The notes below the pieces were generated by a model. The model made no database searches. It worked only from the letters and a program-made list of their open reading frames with translations, and was not told the DNA's origin. DNA of 64,000 bases from Perkinsus chesapeaki ATCC PRA-425 (taxonomy: Eukaryota > Protista > Perkinsozoa): positions 28,437 through 92,436 of the forward strand of contig JAAPAO010000070.1 of NCBI GenBank assembly GCA_013115145.1. Direction: 5' to 3'. Below are positions 45,668 to 57,863 of this stretch, one piece after another (positions within the stretch are counted from its first letter, which is position 1; the number at the start of each line of letters is the position of its first letter). Position numbers and translations under genes: made by a program.

Positions 45668-45939
45668 GGCAACAATGTGGCGGGCTACTCGAACGATAAT
45701 ATATTAACCCCTCACACGTACCGGGACATATCCTCTATTCCTATATTATTATACCCTTATCCACACGGTAATACTCCAGTGCACCCTATACACAGCATGA
45801 CCCGCAGCACAGAGGGGGGAAGAGGTGCGGCCGAACCATAATCGATTTTCGCTATGGGGTGTGCGCTCGCCCAAATGATCGATGTCTGCGCACTTCATTG
45901 TAGGGGTTGCCTGGGCAGCAATACTTCTCCTTTAACCCT

Positions 45940-46222
45940 ATGAACCCTTTTTATTTATTCACCCGTCTGATGGGTAAGGAAATGGAGGAGAGCTTGAGAC
46001 GGTTCTTAGTGGACTCACCAGCATTCCAATATTTTGCACATCAATCATCTAAAAAAGCAACTGAAGCAGCAGATAAATTTGGTAGTATATGACTGTGATA
46101 AGGTCCAATAAAGTATATGCAACTTGACAGGACGAACACTTGGTGGACTAGCAGCTAGTGCCAGTAAAGCTAGTGAACAACTACCAAAACAGTTTATTGA
46201 TAAGACTACCTCTAGATGGTGA
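45940..46222 (+). CDS. Small hypothetical protein (~77 aa, 2 exons)
   Basis: MNPFYLFTRLMGKEMEESLRRFLVDSPAFQYFAHQSSKKATEAADKF|GRTLGGLAASASKASEQLPKQFIDKTTSRW*, with a canonical intron. Confidence 0.55.
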
Positions 46223-46343
46223 TTAACGTTCAAGATAAGTACTACTAATCCAATCCAATTGTTATTATTGCTTAGTATTATTCCCAAATCTTTTGTGTTA
46301 TCCACCCTCCTACTAGATAATATTGTCAGCAGGTATTGTTTTT

Positions 46344-48450
46344 ATGGCATTTGTCTACCGTGCTGCCTATCGTAGTCCTGCATTTGATAGCCCTAAGGCA
46401 ACTGCTATATATCCTAATATAGGACCTGGTACATATATTGCACATGAACAATATATAGTTAAACCACGTCCAGTGGAGGCACCATTTGGCACAACAACTA
46501 CTAAGACTATAGCACCTAATAGTGTATCAACCACCTTTACTAGTCATTCCATTCAATCAACTGTTGCTCTTGATGAATCCAAGGCAGCAGCAACAGCTGC
46601 AGACTTTGCTACATGTAGTAGTATATGGGCTGAGGATGGGAAATACCGTAGTACACGGGTACAAATAAGGGATAAAATACCACGAATGGTACCATTCAAT
46701 TTACACGCTCCACGGTTTAATACCTCATGGCTTGATGAATCAAATAATGTTGGTCCAGGGCAATATGAAGCAATAGATGGCTTTGGAAAGGCAGCCTCGG
46801 CGTCGGCGGCGGGGAAGGTTATTAGATCATCATCATCGCCCAAGCAAACAGCAGCTCAGCAGCAGCATCTTACTGCAGTACGGAGAAATGCCCCTAGTAT
46901 ACCATGTGCACATCAGAGTTATGGTTATAAAGAGTCATCTGAAGGGGAACTAGTACCACAGGATAATAATACAGGACAATATAGTGATAATCAACAAAGG
47001 CCTGTAGGTGGGCAATGCTATCAACAACGGAAAAAGAGATGCACGGAAGGGGGTACTTTTGGTAAATGCCCACGAGATATGCCTATGCAGGATGGTAGAG
47101 ATAGGGCTCTTCTTCCTGGACCAGGTAAGATGGTAAAGGGAGGACGTGCAGTATTAATAGTTTATTTAGGTTATTATAATACTGATGGAGAGAAAACAGG
47201 CATTAGAAAGTTCCATAAACTTCATAGTGCGTTTACTAGACCATACCGTCTTACTAATAATAAAACAACATCTAATAAAGTGGAAACACCAGGACCAGGC
47301 CATTATGACGTCATTAAAGGTAGTAATAGTGTATCTCGATAACTAATGATAATAATTACCTGAATCAGATATCACCACCACATCGTCTAGCGATCGAGGT
47401 CCAGCAGCTACAGGATGCTTTGGTTCAACCTCCAGACGTTTTGATGACTTTGATACATCATCATCTTCATTATTGCCTGGCCCTGGATATTATAGGACTG
47501 CTGCTGCTGCATTCAATCGCTCTAGTGTTGGGTGTAAGATATCACCTGAGGGACACTCTACTAAAAGGAAGGACTTAGAAAGTGCTAGTAAACCTGGCCC
47601 TGGTTATTATACACTAAAGGATTTATGGCAACCTAATGAAGCTACTGTAATGAATGAGAGAGCTAAATCAGGTTGTAGTACATTCGGTTCAACAGCTAAT
47701 AGATTTACTAATAACAACACTTTTAAACGTGGTGGAGTAGTCCCTGCTGCCGCTGCTGTTGGTACTGGTGTTGAAGATATCAGTAATAGAATGGTTAATG
47801 ATACACGTACATATATAACAAGAACATTGTCTAATGGGGAGAGGGATAGAGTATGTCTTGATGATTTAGTAGCTAATAACAATAATAAACAACAACAACA
47901 ACAACAACAACAGCGGAGGAGGAAGAGCAAGCAAGTACCATTCTCCTCGACAGCACAACGCTTCGGTGCTGTTAGTAAGCCTGCTGCTTTCAGCGAGGCG
48001 GCAGCGGCATTGACAACAGCAGGCTTCGGGGATAATGCCACCATGAATAGACTTACATTTCATACAAATGCTCATAAACGAGCAGCAACTGCTACCGCAT
48101 TACACTCTAGAGAACAATGTAGCTCCTTCCTGACTAGAGAGCCTAGATTCCATACATTACAGGATACTTCAACGACCCCTGGCCCAGGATATTATACCAT
48201 ACCTCAGGACACACTTTGGGGTGATAGAAGGGTGGTAGAAGGAGAGAGTAATATAACAGCAACATGTGGAATAGACACTGGTGATACAATAGGCTTTGCA
48301 TCATCACAGCGACGTTTTAAAGGGTATGGTAATATGGGAAATAATAATAGTATCAATGATCACCATAGTACACCAGGACCGGGTAGTTATACCACCTCAG
48401 TTGATTGGAATAAAAGAACATTTAATTTACTATTTGGTGACGTCTTTTAG
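46344..48450 (+). CDS. SHIPPO/PG-rich repeat protein (STPG/ODF3-like flagellar protein)
   Basis: At least eight (P)GPGxY repeats, interleaved with F-G/S-x-T-x-x-RF motifs. Confidence 0.85.
47888..47913 (+). repeat. (AAC)n/(CAA)n microsatellite encoding poly-Gln
   Basis: Read directly, inside the SHIPPO-repeat gene. Confidence 0.9.
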
Positions 48451-48874
48451 TGGTACTATTCTGTTCTTAATAACATGGTATGCGAATGCCATGTTAGTGC
48501 GATTTACTTCATCAATTTACTAATGTTAATAACAACAGCATGTATTGGAATTACTTGCGTTTAGTAAATATTATTAATTAGGTCATTCGATGATGAACAC
48601 TTAGCATATTATTATTGTACAAGGCTTAAGCTAATAGCTCTTAACAAATGTTATAAAACAACCCTTTATGTGAGGTTGAGTAGTATCCATCCAAGGGGGC
48701 GTAGATATCAACAGTTACGACATTCAGTTCAGACATAATAATATATTCGGTGGTATGACTTTCATTATACCACAGTCTTATTGAACTATGCAACAGCCGT
48801 TTCGGAATAGCCCAATGAATCCTGATGGCAAATTGGATAAAATAGTGATGTTTACAGAGTGTAGGAGTTTTTAA

Positions 48875-50573
48875 ATGGATAATACTTATAGTCTTTATTC
48901 CAATCCTCCACGTAGAGCTCCACCACCACCTACTCCAACAGCAGCAGAAGCAGTGGGTGGTGTTGGTTGTTATTATTATAATGGATCACCATATAATGCT
49001 ATAGATGGGTATGCTAACAACAACAACAACAACAACAACAATAGAGGGGTTACAGGCAATCATGGAGCAGGTAGTATGTCATCTATAAGTATTATGTCAA
49101 GCCCAACACCACCTCAATATAATGCCCGAAGAATTGATAATAATGAGTATTATTATGGTGATGAAGAAGAAGAATACAATAGATATAATGATGTACAACG
49201 ACATCGATTATACGAACACCAGCGTCAGCAGTCATCGACTGTATCTCACAATAATAGAGGTAACAACTTCAATGGTATGATATGGTGATGAACTCTCTTA
49301 ATGTATATTATTAAATACATGAATTAACTCATATTTGTTCTATCTATACCCTTAGTTCTTAGGTTCCTATATTACTCCAGACACCACCACGAGAATTCCT
49401 TACAAACCATCACCCCAGCAACAGGCATCATATCAATACCGTCATGCTTCATTAGCTGATAATATATCAGATCACCCTGAATGCATTGGTTCTTATGGTC
49501 TGCCCCACCATTATGATAGGCGACCATCTCCAATTAGTCGGCCTGGCTTCGAGGGTCCTACACCATATAGAGCTGATACAATTGATCATACCAGGTATAA
49601 AGCTCTTAGTGGTTGTTATGATAGTTTACTTAATAGGCCATCATCAAATATACCTACAGGGAAGGAGAATACTCAGGATATCAATGATTATGATCAACAA
49701 TATGTTACCAATTATGGTGAGCCTGATGGGGAGACTGAACCTGCTAGAGCAGATGATTATGATGAGGATGTTTCCAATAATATGGTATCAAACTTCCCTA
49801 TCGGTTGGAAAACAGCTACAAGATTGATACCATCAGGAGAAGTCAAACGTGAATATAATATGACAGCCAATAGAGCCACTGGTGTACCAATACATAGAGT
49901 GCGACATGAGGCTATAAGATTCTTTCAAATATTAATGTCACCAGAACAACCATATCTGCAGTCTGTGGGGGACGGATGGTGTGTAAATGGTTTCATGTAT
50001 CGTCTAACTAGAGATGATGATGTTGGGGTATTAATACGACAGATTAATGATGGTGGGGATAATGGTAAGGATTCGTTGTTGATGTTAAATGTGGTGATGA
50101 AGGATGTAAAGATTGAAAGGATGACACCTAAAATATCCGCGGCTATAGAGGCATGGGACTATGCTATTAGAGAACTTGTTAATGGCAATGCTAAGGCACA
50201 AATGGTGAACATCTGTCCCAGTACTTCATACGCTGTTGTTCACTTTTTTGTCTTTAATCAGGTACGTTCTCAACGTAATGGAGCCTTTCGAAGTTACCTT
50301 GATCAATACTATTTTCCTGGTATACCAACTAGTTGCCTGCCATCATGGGTTAAACTAAGCAGACCTCCCCGTGTTGTAAAGCAGGAATATCTTACTCAAG
50401 ATCAAGTATATGGACGGTGTACACAAGGGACGTCTCAACAAGCATTTATTAATCCTAGTGGAAATGAGACATTTCATCGACAAGGTGTCACTTATGGTGG
50501 TGGCGGTGTTAGTTTATTATCATCATCATCTGCTGGAGTCTGTGATGAATATAGAGTATTGTATGATATCTAA
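48875..50573 (+). CDS. Hypothetical protein with a low-complexity N-terminus and ~260 aa C-terminal domain
   Basis: ORFs 48875-49288 and 49782-50573 are linked by a short intron and an intervening open frame. No family recognised. Confidence 0.6.
49016..49041 (+). repeat. (AAC)n microsatellite encoding poly-Asn
   Basis: Read directly, inside the 48875 gene. Confidence 0.9.
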
Positions 50574-52059
50574 TGTTAAAGAATATCACGTATGCTTAGT
50601 AACTGTAGGATGGTGGTAAATGGTTAATAATAACTTATAACGCCTAAGTTGATTAATATCTAAACTACTTATCGTTACTAGTTTTACAAGGTTATCATGT
50701 ACTACTGCCATTGAGATCATACAAGATTATCTACAAGTTTACTGAGTATAGTTATCATGATAAATTATTAGTGATTACTATTTCCGTTTACCGAAGTAGC
50801 TCCTTTGCTGATCGAATTCGCGGGGAGTATTAATGTGCTATGAAACTCATTTAACGATCGTTAGAATTGAACAACCCTGGGGGTAAAATCGAATTCCAGA
50901 TTTCTATTGTCAACTGTTGTAAAGATTAAGTAATCTGATGCAAAGATGAAGTCCCTCTCAGGAATTTCGCAGCCAAGTTTCTGCGGTTTATTGATAGCGA
51001 GCTCTAGGATTGTTGTTAGTTCTGGTGAAGAGTTTTGTCTTACAAACCCCACTGGAGCTAAGTTCGATAGGTTGCGTTCGCTGATTTCCTTCAGCCCCCT
51101 CGAAGTCGCGACACATGTGACTCTCTACACCATTTCGCTCCGGTCAACTTGAAGTTTTTGTTGGTTAATTTAAATGGATTTTGCCCCGATTTAAAGATCG
51201 TAAAAATTGCCAAATCGAATCCTTTTTGTCGCGCATTTCTAATTTGTTGCCGAATTTGATTGAAAATGCATTACTCTATTTACACGGATTGTGTAACCCC
51301 CGGGAACACACTGTTATGTTATGTTGCAACTCAGACGGCCGTTCTGATAAACTCATAAAATACCTTGTCGGCGTATAAGGTCACAGCTAGCTTCATGAAG
51401 CTCAATTCACGATCCATGCCTGAATGATCCACTTTTGACGACTTTACGTTGCGACAAGAGACCCAAGCACACTTGAGTGTCATACTGGCCGTTTTCGGTG
51501 GCGTTCGCGTCTTCCGCATCGATGCGAGAGTTGTATGTCAAACTGCATTAGCAATGTTGAGCATGTCTTGTCTAATGAACGATAAATACATGCCGACGGC
51601 CAAATTACGTTGTTCAAATAGCTAGTTTCGGTTCTCTTGAACTGCATAAAAAGGCTATTTAATTCGCATGACAGAAGTTTTTTAATTTTGAAAAGGTATT
51701 TGAAGTGACTGAAGAACCGTTTAAAAGCACATCCGCTTTCCCACCGTTTCTTTCGAATTGGTCCAGAAATGTTTCAACTTGACTGGGAAATGGTGTAGTT
51801 GTTGGTAGATTCGGCTCCACCCTTGTAACGGACTGAGCAAGCTCTTGCACGGACTGATTTGAGGCCCGCTTCTGAAGTATCCAATAATCAGGTTCATTAT
51901 ATAAATGAAGCTTCGATCAATATACAAACGATACGATGAACGACATCAGTGATTGGTTCTTTAACCTTGAGAGCTTCTGGCTTCTTATCACGTGTGAAGA
52001 GTTTGTACATTTTGATAACTCAAATAGTTGGTAATGCTTGAAAAATTCCATTGTCCTAT

Positions 52060-52076
52060 ACTAACAAGTTGTTAGT
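52060..52076. repeat. Perfect 8-1-8 palindrome ACTAACAA-G-TTGTTAGT
   Basis: Read directly from the sequence. The arms are identical to those at 4841-4857. Confidence 0.95.
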
Positions 52077-52250
52077 AACAACCTAGTACATTAGTTAGAG
52101 TATAACCGTATTATTTAACTGAATAGATAAGTGTTGAGAATACCCAGCGGGTAGTCTTTTCTAAGGCCTTATCGCACCTGTCTAGTTTGAAAAATCCTTG
52201 GGGTTCTCGTATAGGGCCATTAGAATCATCCCTACGTTACCTGAATTACA

Positions 52251-53308
52251 TTACGGAAAGCAGCAGCTACCGGCGAGGCTTCTGGGATGAGCAGCAGCCT
52301 CAGCCTTCTCCTCTTCCTTACTCATAATCTTTATGAATCCTAGCATCTCATACAATTTGATTGCGCGCACGTTTTCTTCTTTCACATGAAGGGTCATAGC
52401 AAGGACTTTGTGTGCCTCACCCTGAGATACATCATATTTCGTAGATATTTTTCATGAAACCGCCCACGCCCTTGTATATCGTTGATGTAGGAGACGGCGA
52501 CATACCATAATATGACACAGTCATTTAGTAAGAAGTCTCGGCCGAAAGGGAAACCGTTGTACTCGGCACACTTACAATTTCAATACTGTGTCTCAATAGA
52601 TTGGTTCCAATGCCACTCCCTTGGTACCCGCTGTCAACCTGGACCTGAGAGCCTGAATAGGTGTTATCGGAATGAATGGGTCATATTCCTGAATATACTT
52701 GAATGAATAGACCGCATTCGTTATTAAACCAGTGCAACGAAAACGATTGAGAAGGGTAACTCTTGCGACTCAGGAGGGGCCCCGAGCGACACTCAGCTAC
52801 TACCGTACTAGCCTCTACGGTTGATAGATTATGATTAAATTTGAGAGGAGTCATCGATAGAACCCATCCTACATCTTCTATGTAGCCAAAGATCCCTTTT
52901 TTGGTAGGATTAGGCCTAAAACAAACCATGTGAGGCTACGATAATGATGCCAATTGATGAAGGTCTTTTTACTTACATCTTCTTTTTCACAGCTTCCCTC
53001 TCTTGGGGGTCCAGGTCATCGGGTATCTTTATCGAAATATAACCCACGACTACCTGAGGCATTAGTAGGATATCTTATGATAACTGAGGTATCAATTTAT
53101 CATCAAGTAATTGTTGTTCTCTTACATTATTGCCCCTGTCGGTATCAACTGCAACGTAGCATGGAACCGATTCCTTGAACTCGCATTGGTCGAAGATAAA
53201 GTCGGGTACATCAATCTTGTCACCTTTCTTGTAATCACGATACTTGATCTCTCGGGCTTTTGTAAGCGTGAAGAGAACAGAGAAGGCAAGTTTCGCATAT
53301 GATTTCAT
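52251..53308 (-). CDS. Signal-peptide-bearing GNAT-family N-acetyltransferase, multi-exon
   Basis: MKSYAKLAFSVLFTLTKA|REIKYRDYK...CYVAVD...VVGYI...GYIEDV, acetyl-CoA motif A QVQVDSGYQGSGIGTNLL, and motif B LAMTLHVKEENVRAIKLYEMLGF. GT-AG introns link the pieces, but some junctions are unresolved. Confidence 0.75.
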
Positions 53309-53954
53309 TTATTGAAATTTTGATTCAATATCTGCCTTCGAGGTTTTACTAGTTCTCCCAAATCACTGGGGGGGGTACTAATAGCTGAGGGGAACCCTAG
53401 CTGCAAAGAGCGTGACCGTCCCTTCGGGAGGGATGGGAGAATTAGTTCGACTCCCTTCCTAGAATTGTGCTTGGAAACCTTATTTTAATACGGCTTCAGC
53501 TTATCTGTCAAGGGCGCGTTCCTTTGCGCGCTATGAGCCCAGTGCTCTGAATAATCGGGTCAGTTTCTCCCATGTAAAGCATAGTAATAAGCATGTAACG
53601 CACGTAAAGCATGTAATAGACAATTTAGACATTGTCTATTTAATAGCTAGTTAGAACAACAATATGAAATATGATACTATTTCCAGACTATAGCAGAAGG
53701 AGGATGACACCATTCCTCTCTGCAGTAAAACCTCAGTTCGCCATGGATAGAGAGGCTGCTTATTGATAGTATTCAGTTAGCCATCCGCGTACTAGGAGCG
53801 CAACAGACCATGATGATTATACGGACATTAATATGTACATGCGTACCAATGTGGGAGTGGCCGCTCATTATACGGCAATAGGCGTACTCTATTTTAGTCG
53901 ATGATCACCTGACAGACGCTCCATCATCACAGACGAATGGACAATGGTACCCAT

Positions 53955-54427
53955 CTTCATTCCAATACTCCACAAATGGGTTCCACCATTTCCTCCTCCA
54001 GCAACACCAACAGCAGCAGCAGCAGTGGGTGTTGTTGGTTATTGTTATAATGGTGGTTAATGGATGACCCCGAAACCTGCAACTACCTGCATAGTTCACT
54101 TTTTTGTTTTTAATCAGGTACGATCTCAACGTAATGGTGCCTTTCGAAGTTACCTTGATCAATACTATTTTCCTGGTATACCAACTAGTTGCCTGCCATC
54201 ATGGGTTAAACTAAGCAGACCTCCCCGTGTTGTAAAGCAGGAATATCTTACTCAAGATCAAGTATATGGACGGTGTACACAAGGGACGTCTCAACAAGCA
54301 TTTATTAATCCTAGTGGAAATGAGACATTTCATCGACAAGGTGTCACTTATGGTGGTGGCGGTGTTAGTTTATTATCATCATCATCTGCTGGAGTCTGTG
54401 ATGAATATAGAGTATTGTATGATATCT
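53955..54427 (+). pseudogene. Internally deleted paralogue of the 48875-50573 gene
   Basis: 54094-54427 is near-identical to 50238-50571. 53955-54060 is a more diverged copy of ~48890-48990. The ~1.2 kb between these segments in the intact gene is absent. Confidence 0.8.
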
Positions 54428-54664
54428 TATTACACTGCCATCTGGTTCATTTGACTCTTTAGACCACGAAGATAGCCATCCGGTAGCACATTTACCTATG
54501 TAGACATAGTTGTTTGCTCATTGCCCGAAGCACAGTATGAATAGCGGGGTGACTCGTACGGCATTCGAAAGACCTTCCGAGTGGTACCCGTGTTACCAAT
54601 AATTTCTCATGCGTTACGAAATCCCAGGGGGTGGGCCATTTTTTTGCAGCACCCAGTAATTCTT

Positions 54665-55426
54665 ATGGCAATAGAGCTTACAATAGCGGGAGCCTCAGGG
54701 TTAAAAGCGCTTGCAGCAGCAAAAGCAGCAGCGGCAGCTGCAAAACAAGCAGCAGCTAATGCGGTAGCTATGGCACAGAACACTAACTTAGCTAGTGCAG
54801 AGGCAATGCAAGCTCAGGCTAATCTTGAAAAGTATAAAACCAGTATCTTGCATCTACTATATGCAAAATCTAACATTCAGGTACGTCTTTGGCTCACCTG
54901 TATCGACTGTACCACCTGTTGTAACACCAATGCCACCTGCTACTATTGCGAAATATCCTAGTTATCCATATCTTAATTATCCTTTATCATGGACTGATAA
55001 GTAAGCTTAGAGGCGATAGGGAAGATATTGAGAATTCAAACAGAGTTGCTCCATTACCAATGATGCCACCACATTTGATAAGTGAACATCCTTGGATGCA
55101 TGGAGGATATCTTGATCGGCAGGTGAGATACAATTACTTAATGATTCATTGACAATGGCTTTATTCTAATTGCGTTGTACTATCATTAGGTAGCGCATGC
55201 ATCATTCAGTGGATCTAGTATTCTACCTGCTGTCACCATAGCTATGCCGAACATACCCCATTTAAAGGAGTTGTTATCTCGCTTGTCGCTATCCACCTTC
55301 AACGGTAGTAGCCAACATAGATGCTCTATGGCCTCAACAGCATGGCCTCGATATATCATTCCGAGATGTGGAGTCTATCAGGAGTCTACTGCAAAAGGGC
55401 ATGTTAGTTTGTACCATTTCTTGTGA
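54665..55426 (+). CDS. Hypothetical protein with an Ala-rich helical N-terminus and Pro-rich middle, multi-exon, 3' end uncertain
   Basis: MAIELTIAGASGLKALAAAKAAAAAAKQAAANAVAMAQ... followed by GT-AG-flanked open segments. Confidence 0.4.
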
Positions 55427-56928
55427 TGTATCACACTCTTATAACAGGATGGCGTTGACAATACAGGAAGGGTTAATCCTTGCCAGATGTTGTTATTATT
55501 GAGTCTTAGGATCTGTTTATGTTCGATTCTTGGATGGAACAGAGATTATAATTCCTCCCGATTTTTTCGCATATTATGTGCAGCATAAACCAGCCGTTGG
55601 ACATCAGCGTTAAGGAGCGTACCTTTTACGAAAGTTCATATAAGGAACTCCAGCGCTTAAAAAGGAGGTACAGCGGGTATTCTAACACTCATGGGCTAGA
55701 ACCCAACAGGGCTTTGGTACCACTACTCAACCGAGTAGTGAGTTAAGGTGGATTTCCCCACTCGTAGTAAGTTTAGCATTTGTCAAATTTGGAATGCGGT
55801 CTATTGGGATATATTCCCATCGCGTAGCGCGAACTGGCTCCTAGATTGCTCGAGCCAAGATTGCTCGAGCCAATGAGTCGTTTGAAAAGGATGAGAGGAG
55901 TTTCCTGCCGTTAGTGGATCTCTCATAATCACTGACGACTCGTTTTATAAACCGTTCTTGATCCGGTGTATCCGATAGGTTTCCTTCACTCTGTTATGGT
56001 CCGAAGTCTGGAAAAGTCCTCGGAAGGCATTCTATGCTTCAGTTATTGACACATTCGGTTTCATTCTGTGCGCTTACAAAGGGACTAAGGCTGGCGTCCC
56101 ATCCCGAATCTTTGTTGCTCGATAGGAGTGATGATCAACCCATCAAATATATGATGCGACAGTTAGTCCGGGCACTCCAAGTACTAGTGGTTTAGCCTTA
56201 TCATGAAAGTACCTACCTTATTATCTTTAGTACATGCAGAGAGCTCAGATTTCTGGAAATTCTAGAGAATATAGGCTGTGGCCCATGACCCGGTACTGGC
56301 TAGGTGGTCTGCCCGCTAGGTTGCATCTGGAAGTTGAAAACCAGTTGTGACGAGTACTCCCTGACACCGTCAGGCTGACAGAAAGTAGCATCCTGTTACT
56401 TTGCCACTCAAGACTAGATCAGTCGATAGGAGCTTCGTTTCCAGGCGGCATGCGTTTTTGGCAGAAGCGTTTCGCATCCGGGTTCACAATTGTGATAAAC
56501 TCCGATGTTAAACATCGCTGACGTGCAACGAGAACTTCTATTCGGGGAGCCACTGAGGCTTTCCTCTTATGCTCAGGGGCCAGGCATGGGGCCACATCAT
56601 ATGGCCCATATGCAGACATCACTGGACAAATCTGAGAGCACTTTGGTGAGCGCGTAGTATGTTTGGATATTTCAAGGTTATACCATGCCTTGTACGGAGG
56701 GTTCACCATCCTGTACTGCGAGACCTCCACACTTTTGGAGGAATTGGTAGACCGAAGGTGGGGATCTCGCTATTCATGAAGCTTAGTTAGCTTAGCTAAC
56801 TGCATGATTCGATTCTAAGGTAGTTTTGGTAGCCTTGATTCGAAGGGTCCGGGAATCGAATACTCTAGAGAGTCATTAAAGCCACGCAAAGCTCACTCGG
56901 AACTTTGGATAGCAAAGGTGAAAACCTT

Positions 56929-57849
56929 TCACCGGAAATGATGGTATGAATTATACGGTATAATTATCGTAGCATTGTTTACAGTGAATATCGTATTACA
57001 TTGTAGTAGGATATCCTGGATATCATACTCAATACAGGTATGCAGGACCGGTGAACAGGATGGCTCAAGGGAATTGGTGTTGCGCATTTGCGTCACTTCT
57101 GTGTTGCCTTCTCGAGGATCTTTCGTTGTAAGTTGCAGCTTGTAGCTCAACCTCGTAGCCGGCGGTCACTTATCCGACTAGAGTTCACCATAATTGCTAT
57201 AAGTAAGGCCGAGGGCATCCACATCACCCTGTATAATATTGATAAATTGCCGCTTAGTTTCATTAAAATACGTGTCGTGGTCAGCCGCTATAGGTTCAAG
57301 TTTCCTTTCGGCAATGAACGGTTTGGTCAGGTCAGATAGATTATCCATATGTGTGACGTCGTCCATAAAAGAGTCGGAGAATGTGTCTTTCTGCTCGTCG
57401 TCATCACACTTGCGCCTGTCATCATCAAGCGACTCGTGGACATTTACAGGCATTGTGGCGCTGGCGCCGGCCCAAAACTCAGAGCTGTAAAATAACATAG
57501 CCATTCCCCGATCCGCAACACATTTACCGGGTAGTTTGATACATATGAACCAATGCTGAGAATACAACTCTCCTATAAAATCTGGTCCTAACCATTATGT
57601 CTCTCAGCTTGCGTTGCTCAAACTCCTCGAGCACCCCAGCTATCCGAATAAAATTGTTAAGCAGCAGAAACGTAAGTACAGGACGAGCTTTCTTCGCGAT
57701 TGAGGTATTGATATTACATTGATCTGAAATTGATCTACATTTGACGCAACATCGATCACGCTTATTAAGCGTCGCTTAGTATTCTGAGAAACGGGTCTAC
57801 GTTGATCCATATGAAACGATGAAGTGGGCGAATCTGAGGAAGGTTGCAA
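56929..57849 (-). CDS. Hypothetical multi-exon gene or relic
   Basis: Adjacent open frames (57640-57849, 57178-57567, 56929-57150) with plausible GT-AG junctions. No family recognised. Confidence 0.3.
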
Positions 57850-57863
57850 GTCAAAGTTTCTAG

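Noticed and set aside
53407-53416. GAGCGTGA, resembling U3 snoRNA box B
   Set aside because: No downstream box C (TGATGA) or box D, and no 5' box A region, at suitable spacing.
53436-53460. GTTCGACTCC, a tRNA T-loop-like word
   Set aside because: No compatible acceptor, D or anticodon arms could be folded around it, so it is not called a tRNA.
57059-57069. TGGCTCAAG, matching the 3' end of the Perkinsus/dinoflagellate spliced leader
   Set aside because: Only 9 nt match, the upstream CCGTAGCCAT part is absent, and this is expected by chance.
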